Notes: generated from the sequence alone by a model not told the origin. A stretch of 64,000 bases of DNA from Nemertoderma westbladi (GCA_032718475.1 JAUCBJ010006410.1:16443-80442), one strand, 5' to 3'. Numbered from the stretch's first letter, positions 33,567 through 47,571 are shown. Numbers and translations: made by a program.

Positions 33567-35419
33567 GTTTTTCCAACAGGCAGCAGGTAGGTCTGTACTG
33601 CATACTGCAGTGGTACTGCACCCTGCACTGCAGTGCTATAGGCCTACACAATCAGACAATACAGCAAGCAATACACAACCTGTCACTCAGTAATACTGTA
33701 ATATACCACTCTGCCACTGCCAGTGAGTACTGCTGTAGGTGCACTGCACTGCAGTTACTTAATTCAGTAATTAGATCTGTCTGTCTGTAGATGAACTTGA
33801 ACTTGTTTATTAGCGCGCGGTTTCCAAAGTAAAATAAATACATTTCACTTCACTACAATTAGTTATAGCACCAGGCAGCCAGGCAGCCAGGGCTCGTACA
33901 ACTAAAGTACAGTACAGCAGTAGGCCTACTGCCTGACTGAAGTTGCAGTATGAGAGTATGACGATCACATTGCAATTGCTACTGTCTGACTGTTAACATA
34001 GTTGATATAGGGCAGTAGGGCCTATCAGCCTATCAGCCTATGCAATTTAGTTTGTGTTAAATATTGAATATTTACAACAATCTGACAATGTAAGATTCGC
34101 AATTGAAATAAAATCAATAAAGACAAAAGAACGTAATTGACTGATTGATACAGAAACCCCTGACATGACATAGGCCTCCTGAAATAGGCCTAGCAGTTAG
34201 GGTAGCCTAGCTGCCTAGGTTTCATAAATAGCAAGTTTTTTTTTCTTCTTATAGGCCTATCTGCCTATAGGACAGTAGGAAATCGTGCTTCCTATATAGG
34301 AAATTTTTGCCATTTTTCTGAACATTTTCTTCGTTATCTTTTGAAATAAATTTTAGCGGCATACCGCAGTACCGGTAGGCCTATTTGAATTCCTGCTTAT
34401 CATGCTTATTGCTGTATTCAGGTATTGGAGGTTAATCTTTACTATGTGAATACTAGAAAAAAAACTATCTGTGCATTCGCTTTCTATATGCTATAGCCAG
34501 ATACTGGTAGCCATTTTATAAACGTAACTTTTTTCAGAGAATTTCTTATATATATAGGCAGTAGGGAACATACCCTTAAATAAGCTCCAAAAGCGGGTTC
34601 TTATTTAAGGAAAATGGCTCTTATTTAGGGGTTTTTGGGCCTTTTTTGGATATTTTTTCGACATAATATGCAAGAACTTGTTTCAGTAAAAAATACCGCA
34701 TAATTTTATTTCACAATATAAAAGTTGGTTCTTTCTTGAACATAATGCAAAAAACCAGAAAACATTTCACCGTCCGGTTTTTTTTCTACAAGCGTTTTAA
34801 AATTGCATCAAAAATACGACCAGTTCCTAAATAAGAGGGATTTTTTAAATTTACCTTATTTAAGACATCGAAATTGTACACAAATACTAAAAGTCCTTAA
34901 ATAGGAACTTTTTGACATGGGTTTCTGATTTAGGTATACAATTTCATTCCAAAATCTGCATACTCCTTAAATAAATTAAATATTTCTCATTTCTCACAGA
35001 GAGTAGAAGCAGTTCCGCGACAATAATATTGCTATAATATTGCTCCTCAAAAGAGGGCCCTTACTGCATCAGGGACGCGTTTTTCGACAGAGCCCCGTCA
35101 GCTGAAACAGCCAGTGCCGCTAGTCGATGGGGTTGACTTGTTGACGAGAGGCTATTATGAGGCGCAATGGGATACGCATTGCGTATCTCCTTCTGTCAAC
35201 CAATACTGGCCTCACTTCTCATATATTAAATAAAATAAATTAAATTAAATATCCTTATATAATGTCTCTTATAACTTCGTCTCCCAGCCCCGTCCTCCTT
35301 CTGCCCTTATCTGCTTATGACAGTTATGACCTACCTGCCTAACCTTGACAGGAGACAGGACATTGCAAGATGCAGAGATAAGGGAGTTTCTGAGCTTAAT
35401 TGGATAGGTGCAAAAATGC

Positions 35420-36572
35420 ACAACGAGCAACAATGACCAACAATAAGCAACAAATGAACAATGAGTAACAAAACAACGAGCAACAATGAGTAACACAACG
35501 AGCAACAATTAGCAACAACGAGTAACATTGAACAATAATAAAGTACAACAACGAGTAATAATGAGCAACAACGACTGAACGAGCAACAATGAGCAACAAC
35601 GAGTAACAATGAGCAACTACGACTACTACGAGTAACATTGAGAAACAATGAGTAACGAGCAAAAATGAGCAATAATAAAGTACAACAACGAGCAACAATG
35701 AGCAACAGCGAGAAACAACGAACAACAATGAGCAATAATGAGGAACAACGACTGAACAAGCAACAATGAGCAACAACGAGTAACATTGAGAAACACCGAG
35801 CAACAATGAGTAATAATAAAGTACAACAACGAGCAACAATGAGCAACAACGAGAAACAGCGAGCAACAATGAGGAACAACGACTGAACGAGCTATAATAA
35901 AGTACAACAACGAGCAACAACGAGTAACAATGAGTAATAATGAGCAACAACGAGCAACAATGAGCAACAACGAGTAACATTGAGAAACACCGAGCAACAA
36001 TGACTGAATGAGTAATAATAAAGTACAAAAACGAGCAACAACGAGAAACAGCGAGCAACAACGAGAAACAATGAGGAACAACGACTGAACGAGCAATAAT
36101 AATAAATAGTACAACAACGAGCAACATTGAGAAACAACGAGCAACAATGAGCAATATTAAAGTACAACGACTAAACGAGCAACAACGAGTTATATTGAGC
36201 AACAACGAGATATATTGAGCAACAATGAACAATAATAAAGTACAACAACGAGCAACAATGAGCAACAACGAGTAATATTGATCAACAACGAGCAACAATG
36301 AGCAATAATAAAGTACAATGAGAAACAACGAGCAACAATGAGGAACAACGTTTGAACGAGCAATAATAAAGTACAACAATGAGAAACAATGAGCAATAAT
36401 GAGCAACAACGAGCAATAATAGAGTACAACGAGCCACAACGAGCAATAATGAAGTACAACTAACGAGCAACAATGAGCACCAACAAGCAACAATGACCAA
36501 CAACGAGCAACAATGACCAACAATGAGAAATAATAAAGCACAACGAGCAGCAATGAGCAACAATGAGCAACA
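35420..36572. repeat. Low-complexity ~10-bp repeat (GAGCAACAAT / GAGCAACAAC)
   Basis: Directly visible; it generates the Leu/Val/Cys-rich minus-strand ORFs. Confidence 0.95.
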
Positions 36573-36603
36573 AACTGCGTTGAATGTGGGGGAGAGCCAC
36601 GTT

Positions 36604-36862
36604 CAAGTGAGCGAAGCCTTAGCATATGGGTGCTATTAACGAGTTATCTGTCGTCGTTGTAAATTTTTTATCGCTAATAACTCGGTCATTCCTTGATGAA
36701 ATTAAACGAAACTTAGTATGTATGTAGTCTGTCAAAAGATTAAAATAATCTGAAGTTTGGTAAAAACGAGTATTGTGTTGAACGACCTCTGACTAACGAA
36801 AGATAACATGTTAATGGGGTGGGACCCCTATCAGCTAGGTCTAGCTAAGGCTTTGCTCACTT
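36604..36862. mobile_element. Short element with ~19-bp inverted repeats
   Basis: AAGTGAGCGAAGCCTTAGC / GCTAAGGCTTTGCTCACTT. Confidence 0.6.
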
Positions 36863-38179
36863 CATGCTGCGCAAAGGTCCCACAAACGTGTCCCACTCCT
36901 GCCTGAGCCAGTTGAGCCAAAACGTCATCCAGTCATCATCTTTAACCTTCATAACGTCTATCAGCTGCCCAACCGAACAATCTTTGTGCCTATTGACATG
37001 ACAGTGACATTGGTTTTTCACTTTTTTCACACCTTTCAAGTACAACATTGTGGACAATCCATCTAAGTGGGGCGTAACGCGGAGCAGAAGAGGAAACGCA
37101 GGACACAAGTTAGTTTTTCGAAACTGTGCGGCGATGTCCAGTTACTTGAGTCATGTTTCATCGAAATACGTGAACGTGACAATGTATGTGCACTCAGATG
37201 GGCGATGGGCTATTCTTTTGAATATCAATGGGCTATTCTATGCTACCGTGTGAGGTAAGAATGCCAGTGCTAGCAACTTCATTATGATACGATATTCTAT
37301 AGAGGATTTATAGAGTGCAGTGCAATCATTGTCCTTATCCTTAACCCAACAATTAGCAATATACAGACTGACATAAATCAAAGAATTATGAAAGAAGTGT
37401 AACACATATGTAAGGAATAAGGAATATTTATTTTATTTAAGGAATGTGCAGATTTTGGAATACAATTGTATTCCTAAATAAGAAACCCAGGTCAAAAAGT
37501 TCTTATTTAGGGACTTTTAGTATTTATCTGTACAATTTCGATATCTTAAATAAGGTAAATTTAAAAAATCCCCCTTATTTAGGAACTAGTCGTATTTTTG
37601 ATGCAATTTTAAAACGCTTGTAGAAAAAAAACCGGACGGTGAAATGTTTTCTGGTTTTTTGCTTTATGTTCAAGAAAGACCCAACTTTTACATTGTGAAA
37701 TAAAATTATGCGGTATTTTTTCCTGAAACAAGTTATTGCATATTATATCGAAAAAATATCCAAAAAAGGCCCAAAAACCCCTAAATAAGAGCCATTTTCC
37801 TTAAATAAGAACCCACTTTTGGAGCTTATTTAAGGGTATGTTCCCTACTGATAGGAAACAGGCCTATCCTATTTTACTTCCTATTTAGGAGTTTAACCTA
37901 TCTGCTTATTTCTTATTTAAAAAAATTTATGTATTTATTTTTCGTAAAATAAGAAAATATATTTTCCAGCAGTTCATTCCGGATTCTGCAGTACTGACAG
38001 ACTGAGCTGAGGCTTGAGCTGATAGCGATAGGGCTGGGATACTACTAGATACTACCCTGTCATCCTCTCCTGTCTTGCAGTCTAGGCTATATCAGTATAT
38101 GGTTTGCAGTTTCAGATGGCCTAATACAGCAATATAACTGATATAAAACTACATCCCTCCAACACAGTGGGATATTTTT

Positions 38180-38605
38180 ACAATAATTATTACAGTAATA
38201 CTGTAATAATTATTGATTAATAATATTTTTAAAATAATTAATAATTATTAATGCATATTATTTTTATAATAATTAATGCAATGTTATTTTATAATAATTA
38301 GGCCTAATGCAGTAATGATTATATATGCATCAAGCAATAATATTTTTGTAATAATTAACAGATTAATGATTATTCATGCAATATTATTTTTACAATACCA
38401 GTAGGCTTAATTAATAATTACTTTGCTGCTTTGCAATAATATTTTAAAATAATTATTAACTATTGATGTGATGCAATATTATTTTTACAATAACTAATAA
38501 TTATTTATGCAATAATATTTTAAATAATAATTAATAATTATTTATGCAATAATATTTTTACAATAATTAATAATTATTGATGGAAAAATATTTTTACAAT
38601 AATAT
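38180..38605. repeat. AT-rich degenerate tandem repeat
   Basis: Recurrent ATAATTAATAATTATTTATGCAATAATATTTT-like units. Confidence 0.75.
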
Positions 38606-38949
38606 AGTAGGCCTATAACAGTATAATCAGATAATAGCAACAATGCCTGCAAATATATTTCCCCCTTGACATATATCATAGGCCTATACTGCTATATATC
38701 ATTAGTATCTTGTAGGCTTTTATCACGCACCCTAACTTATTTGCTTTCCTTAAATCTTCAAAAATTTACATTTATTTGCGTCAGAATATTGACTTCTAAA
38801 CATGGCCAGTTTCTGAATTTCTTCATACAACATCCAAGACCTAGTAGAGAGCGACATTTCACTTTTTAAGTAAGATAAACTAAATATAACTTAGTACAGT
38901 AGTAATAAATCATCCATTCCTCAAACTGAAAGTAACTTACAGAGATTGG

Positions 38950-39160
38950 ATTGGAACAAAGTTTGCAATAATAGGAACAAAGTTCGCATTGATAGGAACA
39001 AAGTTCGCAATAATTGGAACATAATTGTCCTTGAAAATTCGATAGGAACATAGTTCGCATTCGCAAGTAGAGGAACAAAGTTCGCTACGTGTTGGAACGA
39101 AATTCGCAAAAATGCAATAGGAACAAAATTCGCAAAATAACAATAGGAACAAAATTCGCG
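38950..39160. repeat. Clustered GGAACAAAGTTCGCA repeats
   Basis: About 9 variably spaced copies; resembles subterminal transposase-binding repeats. Confidence 0.75.
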
Positions 39161-40172
39161 CCACCAGTACAGTACAGTCAGAAAGTAGGCCCTACACGAA
39201 CACGAGTCTGCGAGTAGGACTACAGCAATAACACTAACGTATTTACTATATATATTGTTTTATCATTTTGCAATTTGTTAGTATTTTATTTACTACATTT
39301 AACATCGTCTTAAATTGAACTGGCAAGTCATAATTTTTCTTAATTAAGAAAAATCAAGACATAAAATATTTTAAATAAGAAATAAGTTAAACTCCTAAAT
39401 AGGAAGTCCAAAAAATATTTCCTATATAAGAAATTCTCGGAAAAAGTAACGTTTTTAAAATGGCTGTAGAAAGCGAATGCACAGATAGTTTTTTTTCTAG
39501 TTTTCACAACAAACGTAGTACCGGTATAGATGTATAGATTATCCTCCAATAACCAGGAATTCAAATAGGCCTATGCCATTAAATTTTATTTCAAAAGATA
39601 ACAAAGAAAATATTCAGAAAAATGTCAAAAATTTTCTATATATATAGGAAGCACTTTTTTCCTATATAGGAAGAAAAAAACTTCCTATTTAAGAAACCTA
39701 CCCTAACTGCCTAGTCAGCTAGTTGAATATAATATACCCAGTCAGCCAGTACAAGCGTTATAATGGCGGAATGGGGTTTTACTTTTCAACGTATGCTATA
39801 CGTAACCACCCACGTATGAGCGTACGTTACGTATCCATGTATATATACATTACATTGAGCGATTTGACATACGCCTGTATGCGTAGGCCTATGCATAGGC
39901 CTATGCATAGGCAGGCGTAGTCGAATACTGTTTCCTGATTGGTCCAGATGAGATACAAGAGAAATGTCATGCAAAACGCTTAGGCCTCAGTTAGTTAAAT
40001 TATATTCGACACAGAGCCCATGGGACCGGTACATACAGTTCAATATACTAAAAAGCCGAAACAACTGGCAGACTGGAAACACATCACAGATACGACTTGG
40101 AATACTATTCCCCAGTGGCAGTGTAGTTGCGTAGTGTGGGGAGGGGGGGGGGGGGGGGGGGGTCGAATAATG

Positions 40173-40944
40173 ATCTTAATGAGATAGCATGAAATTTGAA
40201 ACAGAGATAGTTTCTCTACCCTACTCCTTGCTGGGTGAGAATTAGAGAGAATTTTATAGAATTTTTATTTTTGCTTTCATTCTTTAGCTACAAGCGTTTG
40301 AAAGAGGTGTCTCCATCGGTATTGCGCCAGTTATTCTTCAACCTTATAGCGATTTGTTGATATTGACAGAAAGCTGGCCATGCAAGGATTCCAAATATGT
40401 ATCACAAACTGAATTTCGTCGTAAAACAGCAGAGATATGGGCATTCTAAAGTTGCATTGTTTTACACCTGCGAAAAGGTTATTTTATTATATTTAAAAAA
40501 TACATCATATTCTAGAACATGTTGTTTATCCCATGCAGCTGGGCTACAATGCAATAACTCTAGGTAATCATACTATTGCATACCCATTCGTATATAAACA
40601 AAGTGTTCTAGAATATGAATTATTATTTAAATAGAATAAAATAGCCTCGCGCAGATGCAAAATCATGCACCATTTCAACGCTCATATCTTAGCTATTTTA
40701 CGGCCAAATTCAGAATATGATACATATTTGGAATCCTTGTATGGTCAGCATTCCATCAATATCAACAAATCGCTATAAGGTTGGAGAATAACTGCGCTGT
40801 AACTGGCGCAATACCGATGGAGACACCTTTTTAAAAAGCTTGTAGCTAAAGAAGGAAAGCAAAAATAAAAATTCTGGCTCACCCAGCAAGGAGGAGGGAG
40901 GTGAAACTCTCTCTGTTTCAAATTTCATGCAATCTCATTAAGAT
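40173..40944. mobile_element. Foldback MITE (~770 bp, ~345-bp arms)
   Basis: ATCTTAATGAGATAGCATGAAATTTGAAACAGAGA...TATTCTAGAACA is mirrored across a ~85-bp centre. Confidence 0.9.
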
Positions 40945-41317
40945 TTGTAGAAAAATTTGGGGGGGGGGGGGGGTCCAGGTACATATTATATTTGGTCTAT
41001 ATTCCAGGACATGGTGTATATGGATACTCACATCAACTCAACATCTTCACCGAATTATTGTCTTCTGTTACTAGTTTCTTCCTCTCTCTTTCAATATACT
41101 GCATAAACACTAAACAGTCCTAATAGTCGCCTCTTTCGGAATGGGCAGTAAATCACCTCGGGCTTGGCAGCTTGGAACAACAATCCAGACTGGAAAATTG
41201 TTTGCAAAAATTAAAACGCGTGCGCAGTAAAATAATGGGTGCGCGTGCGCGGAAAAGACCAAAAACGTGCGCCGTGCGTCGACAGAGCAAGCCTCATGTG
41301 CGCGCTCTTGCGCATTA

Positions 41318-41626
41318 AAAATTACCTGTTTTTCTAAACATATGCTTAAACATATGTAAGTACGGAAATTTTAATTGACAATTTAATATAAAACAAAAAA
41401 ATTTAAAATATAAATAATTTTAAATAATAAAAATGTAAAACTGCAATCTCGAGTACGGGAGTGTGCGCATATTGAAAATACCCTGACCCCATTAATAAGG
41501 CGGGTCTTTATGTCGCTGTATGCTTTCATGGCAGGTTAATTCAACTATTTCGTTTTAACTACTTGGTTTCCGCACTTACATATGTTTTAACTTTTAAGCA
41601 TATGTTTAGAAATACAGGTAATTTTT
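41318..41626. mobile_element. Small inverted-repeat element
   Basis: AAAATTACCTGTTTTTCTAAACATATGCTTAAA is mirrored by TTTAAGCATATGTTTAGAAATACAGGTAATTTT. Confidence 0.7.
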
Positions 41627-44149
41627 AGTTCAACATTTATAAGTTTTTTTATTATCATAACACTACTAATTGGTGATGTAAAACATAATACATGTAGTCC
41701 TGTCCTGCTGTAAGTGATTTAACACAATTTTTGATGAACAACTAAAGTATTTATTTATTGAAGGTCACTTTTTTGTCAGATAATTACTTTGATGTTTATT
41801 ACAGTAGGCCTATATCCAATCCACTTTATAATCAATAATTACCAATTCAGCGCAATTTAACATTTCACTATTCTACAAATTTAAAGTTCAATTTTCACCC
41901 ATAGCTGCATAGCAGGTAATATCACATTTGAGGCACAGTGGTAAGAATTTTTTTTATCGATTCCCCTATGCCCGTGGCGTGGCGTACCACTTACAGACTT
42001 ATACTTTTTTTTCAAACTTTAATGTACTTTTTTTTCAAACTTTAATGATTCCCCTATGCCCATGGCGAATCACTTATACTTTTTTCAAAAACTAAAACTG
42101 CTAATTAACTATGTATTAATAAATGGCACAAACTGCAAATTAATTTATTATTGTACAAAATGCCACAATTCCTAAAAATATGCACTGTAATATAATAATT
42201 GCTTAATAATAATTTGAGGTATACTTAAAAAAAACTTACTAAAAAATGATTGATTAATTAAAATTTACTTGGTAAGCCATATAAATTACATAATTAACTA
42301 AAATAAACTATTATTACAAATTTATTACCGGTAATTATTGATTTCATGAATAATACTTACTGACTCAGTATAAAATGCCACGAAAAATTACTGTAATGTA
42401 ATTCACAACATAATTATATTGTAAATTATATTATTTAAAAATATATCATCAATAATATTCATCATCAGTGCGGGTAGAGAGATTGCCGCTTCCGCATCTG
42501 TTGCGTGTGCATCTCCACATGAGTTGATGAGCATCAGGTCGACGTATAGAACGAGACTTCCTCAAAGATAACTTCATTGCCATCAAGCAACGACAACACA
42601 TTTGGGGTGTTTCCAGGTGACGTCCGACAAATCTCTGCTAATCGTAAATCGTCAAGGCACTTAAACTGGCAATTGTAGGCCTACTGACGGCCCATCGGTA
42701 CAATTGAAAATCACCACAATTGACAGTTAAAGTGGCAAGTTTTTCTAACCAAAACAATAAACGAGAGTGAAAAACAAGTATTTCAGGGGTATTTTGGTTT
42801 GGGGTAATTCATAGGACCGGTTTTAAAACACTGCACACACAGAAAACAGTGCTACACGGTCAAGGCAGCAAGGGATCGGACAGGGGCCTCCTAATTGGAA
42901 GCCCAGGAATTTCGCCACTAGACAGCTAGACCATACAGCTGCTTGAAAATACCAACTAGATGCGGTAAATTGCGGTTTTTAGTTGGACCGGTATAATCAC
43001 CCCGCAGTTGTGGTTAGAATTCACTAGGGTATTTTAACCGGGGAGTGGGGCTAACAACTACTGACAGACTGAACTAGGCCAACTATAACTTCTGTATCTG
43101 CCCTCTGTATCTCAATCTCACTATGAAATTCAAATTAACCTTGTATTAAATTTGAGGTAATCCCAAAATTGGGTCTATAATTTGAAATTTGAGGTATTCT
43201 TTAATTTGATGATCTCCCTGACTGTCAATTCCTGGTGTTGATTGTATCATATGATACTAATACATGACCCTGTTACTAAAAGTCTGACTAAAAGTATAAA
43301 ACAAAATAAATCCTACCGGTAAGTTCATTTCATGACATTTTAGAATAATTAATTATTGTATAGTACCGGTACCTTTGTAGTGTATAGGCCTACTATATTA
43401 TCAAAGTAGGCTAATTGATAAAATGAAAAAAAAAAGGTAAAAATGAAAAACATTTAAAAATTGCATATGATACCAGTAGGCCTAATGCGATTGAGGCGTT
43501 TAATTTCTAAAACAATTGGAGAATAAATAAAATATAAATTAATTATTAATTTAAAATATAATAATACAATTCAGCAATTAAAAGTATATAATAATTTATT
43601 AGAAAAAACTACAGAACTATATTAAAAAATTATATTATTATTACATGTTCAGATATTTGTAATTCCTGTTACTCTTCTTAGCAGAGTAAACTGCTCTTTG
43701 GGACCGTTTCCTATGGTGGCTCTGATGTTCTGAAGGGCCATCACATGATTATATTTTTTTTCTTCATACTGGTAGAACTGAAATGTCATGCGCACGAGAT
43801 TTAAGAGCTGAAAAGTCGTGAGCACGAGATTTAAGAAAGTCTGGGAAATTTGCCCAATAGGGAAATTAATTTATTTCCCTATAGGGAAATTTGTGTTTCC
43901 CTATTGGGAAATCACAGTTTTCCCTATAGGGAAATCATGGAAATCTTGGTTTTTAATTAGCCTAATTTTACATGATTTTTATTTATTTTAGACTATACAT
44001 TTCCTGTTTTAATATGATTCACTATATATATATATATATATGTTCTATATATATATATGTTTTACTATGATTCAAAATATATTGGATATTGGTACACTAC
44101 CTACACTACAGTCATTTACTTTTAATCAGAGGTTGATTATTTTCATTAA

Positions 44150-46670
44150 AAACATCGCCTTCCCCTTATACCCATAATATTCCTTCGCCCTTTATGGCAA
44201 TTCCCTTGCACACACTTCGAAATGGAAGACATAGACTGAAGATTACATGATAATAGTCTCAAAGAGTAATGTTTGAATTAACCAATCACCAATGTCATGC
44301 TCTCTACAGGACTCCCAAGTCTTTTTGTAAATCTGTGGACTTTAGTGAGTGGTCGAGCATTACCTTTAGGGCTCGATCGAAGTTGGGATTTGGCCGGAGC
44401 CGGAGCAGGAGCCGGAGTTGGATAATTTGGCCGGAGCCGGAGCAGGAGTTTTTCAAAAATTTTAAAAATGTAATTATTTATAAAAAAAAAATAAAGTATG
44501 GTTATCGTTCGCCAATCGCTCATAATCAACCATACTGCTGTACTGTAGGTCTAATTACAGAATTAATTTCATAATTTATAGATTTACGAATTTTCAATTT
44601 AAAATTTAAGTAATTAATTTATCACGGACAGACGGCCTGACGCTGACGGCTAAAAATTACCTACAGTACCTAACTCACTACCTACCTAACCTAACTGTAC
44701 AGCAGTAAGTGTACAAGTACTGCAGTACGGTATGCTGGATGGCAGCAGTAAATGGCTGCAGTGGTACAGTGTACAATCATAGCATTTACAATTTTTTACA
44801 GTAAGGCCTACCTGTAATAGTCTGCTAGTCAGCCAGCTGGCCAGTACCAGTAGGCCTACTGCAGTACAGTCAGTCAGTCATTGACTTTCAGACTTTTAAG
44901 TAAATACTGCAGTATTATGCTTGATATTACTGTATTGAAGCTGTACTGCAGTACTTATAGTGTAAATAATTGTTCAGATTAGAATATGCACGAAATATAA
45001 TACTTTATGAAAAAATTAACTCCGGCAATATTTTTACCGGAGCCGGAGCAGGAGCCGGAGGTGCCAAAATGGCCGGAGCCGGAGCCAGAGGCCAGAGCTC
45101 CGATCGAGCCCTAATTACCTTACATTTGTCGTGGTTAAAAATAAGTTGCCACAATTTGCTCCAGCGGTCCAGGACTTCCAAATCACTTTGTAGTGGGGCA
45201 ATAGAGGTGATAAAACCGGCAGACTGGGGTCGAATATAGCACTGCCTTTGAGGTCATTGGCGAAAAGATGAATATGCTGATGAGCAGAGATGGAACATCA
45301 TCCAGCATCCACGTATGTATCCAAGGAATAGGGAAAACTCCAGCAACAGTTCCCTGAGGAACACCACTGTCAACAAGTAGACATGGTGATGCTTTCCCAC
45401 TGATGACCATGCATTGGTATCTACAAGAGAGAAACGCCTGAAACAAATTTAATAACTTTCCAGTTATTCCAAGCTGCCAAGGGCCTGCAATTTGACAATC
45501 TGTCTCTGGTGTGGCACTGAATCAAAGGCTTTCGGAAAGTCCAAGTACGTATCAATGCACATGCGATCATCTAGTACTTTGAACCAATAGAAGGTACAAT
45601 CAAGTAGTTGCAGAGTGTGTGATCGCCATTTCTGTCTTTCTGGAAACCGTATTGATCATAGGGTATATGGTTATTTTCCATCATGTAGCTGTATGTTTCA
45701 TTGACAATGTTTTGTTCCATAAGTTTGCAGACCACTGATGTTAGACTGATAGATCTGAAGTTTTCACGCAAATATTTACTACCATTCTTAAATTATGGAG
45801 AAATGTTGGCGAGCTTTCAATCAATTGGTAGCACTCCTTCATTCATTGACTTATAATGAAGCCAGGGGTTCAGTAATTGCACCAGATAGTGTTTTTATAA
45901 CTTGTGGATAAACTTAATCAGGACCAGTAGCACCAGACCCTCTCATTTCGTTGATTGGCTGAAGAACTGATTCATTCATATGTCTGTATGTGAAGTTGAT
46001 GGTAGATCTAGATATGCTGGAATTAATTTCTTGAGAATATTGATCAGAAGGAATATATGAAAGGTCTTCGTAAATGCAGTATTGAAATATTCATTTAAAG
46101 GTGTAGCCTTTTCGATATCAGCTAGCAAACGCACCATCATTCTTCTTGAGGCACTGTGTTGCTGGTCTTGCCTTTGTCTTTGCTGTTTTGACCGTTTAAA
46201 TTTCCAAAAGATTATGGGGTTACTAGGGGCATCACTTGCAATTTTACTTTCGTTTTACCTTCTCCTGTTTAATTACTGACAAACTGAAATATATTTGTTT
46301 CTAGCTTGCTTGTAGGCTGTGACCTGTGAATGAAGAAAGTGTTTTTTTATTTTTGTACCTAATCCAAGCATGTTCCTTAATCCTTATTTGAGATTTGACA
46401 ATTCCATTTATCCACTTATGTTTACTGTGTGGAGGTCCTGACTTAGTTGGAATGATACGTTTACATGTGGAAATCAGCTCTTTGTGAAATAAGTCCCATG
46501 ATGAATGTTGTCTAATGGCTCTAAGATGGAAGCCCAATTAATAGAGCTCAGATCGTGAGACATCGAGGGATAGTCAGCCTTCTATTATTGTTATTACTTC
46601 GAGGGATAGTCAGCCTTCTATTATTGTTATTACTGTCACACTCAAATTCAAATAGTATAATACTGAAAAA
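44150..46670 (-). mobile_element. Degenerate CR1/L2-like LINE fragment
   Basis: NFRSISLTSVVCKLME, YLDFRKAFDSVPH, SGVPQGTVAG; multiple frameshifts and stops; boundaries approximate. Confidence 0.8.
44367..45113. mobile_element. hAT-type MITE with 8-bp TSD ATTACCTT
   Basis: TAGGGCTCGATCG / CGATCGAGCCCTA termini; ATTACCTT at 44359-44366 and 45114-45121; GCCGGA subterminal repeats. Confidence 0.92.
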
Positions 46671-47571
46671 ATTATACAAAACTCACAATTAATGTTTTGT
46701 ACATACATAAACGAGTGAGGAAGGATGCCACCCAGGCATAAAGCTGTAAAGCACCTACAGTATATACTTTATTTATGGCAGTGAATACTTTATGAATGGC
46801 AATGGCTGTGAATAAATATACTATAACTATACTGGTAATATATATAATAATGCAAACAGACAAATACAATAATGCACCAATGCAATATAGGCCTACGTAA
46901 TACATATTATTCTATCAGTCTATAGTATGAACGTATACATCTCATAAAGAAATGCATGAACAGTGGTATTAACAAATCTATGCTATAGATATTCTACATG
47001 ATATATGTACTGCATGTATGTAGTAGAGGCATAGCTGCATAGAAAGCACAACAACAAAGACGTTGAAATTTCAGATCACAGTGCAGCAGTGCAGTTTGCA
47101 GTTATATCAGTTATCATCAAACCACCTAAACTGTTATGAAATTTTGCAATATTTCCCTATCGGGAAATTTCTGATGTCATTGTGAGAGATATCCATGGTA
47201 AAATTTCCGTATATGGAAATATATGGATGTTTCCCTATAGGGAAACATGCAAAGTTAATTTTCACATGTCTGTAAAACCCCCAGGCAGCCAGGGTAGTCT
47301 GGTAGTAGTTGGCTGCCTCAGGGCAGTAGTTATATTAAATGTAAGGTAGAAGTGAATGACCTAGTATATCTCACTTAATGCACTATGTCCTCAGTGAATG
47401 CGCCATAGCGATTATGCAAAAATTTCCCTATAGGGAAATAAAAGATTCCCTATAGGGAAATTGTAAAAGCACGACTTTTCAGCTCTTAAATCTCAACTTT
47501 TCAGCTCTTAAATCTCGTGCTCACGACTTCTTAGCTCTTAAATATCGTGCGCACGACTTTTCAGCTCTTAA

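Larger units (their letters stand above)
34559..37850. mobile_element. Inner long-TIR DNA transposon, CAGT...ACTG termini, 5-bp TSD ATAGG, with faint hAT-like transposase relics on the - strand
   Basis: ~420-bp near-identical TIRs starting CAGTAGGGAACATACCC; ATAGG at 34554-34558 and 37851-37855; degenerate PSTS..CFS and DDW...GPL segments. Confidence 0.88.
34194..39709. mobile_element. Outer long-TIR DNA transposon, CAGT...ACTG termini, 5-bp TSD CCTAG (hAT5-like)
   Basis: CAGTTAGGGTAG / CTACCCTAACTG termini; CCTAG at 34189-34193 and 39710-39714; ~370-bp TIRs, the left one split by the inner element. Confidence 0.85.

Noticed and set aside
35269-36625. Leu/Val/Cys-rich ORFs up to 409 aa on the minus strand
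   Set aside because: Translation of a low-complexity repeat inside a transposon.
45270-45300. Other CTGATGA matches (also ~14275, ~53161, ~59177) as hammerheads
   Set aside because: No stem II plus GAAA plus stem I arrangement; most lie within coding or LINE sequence.
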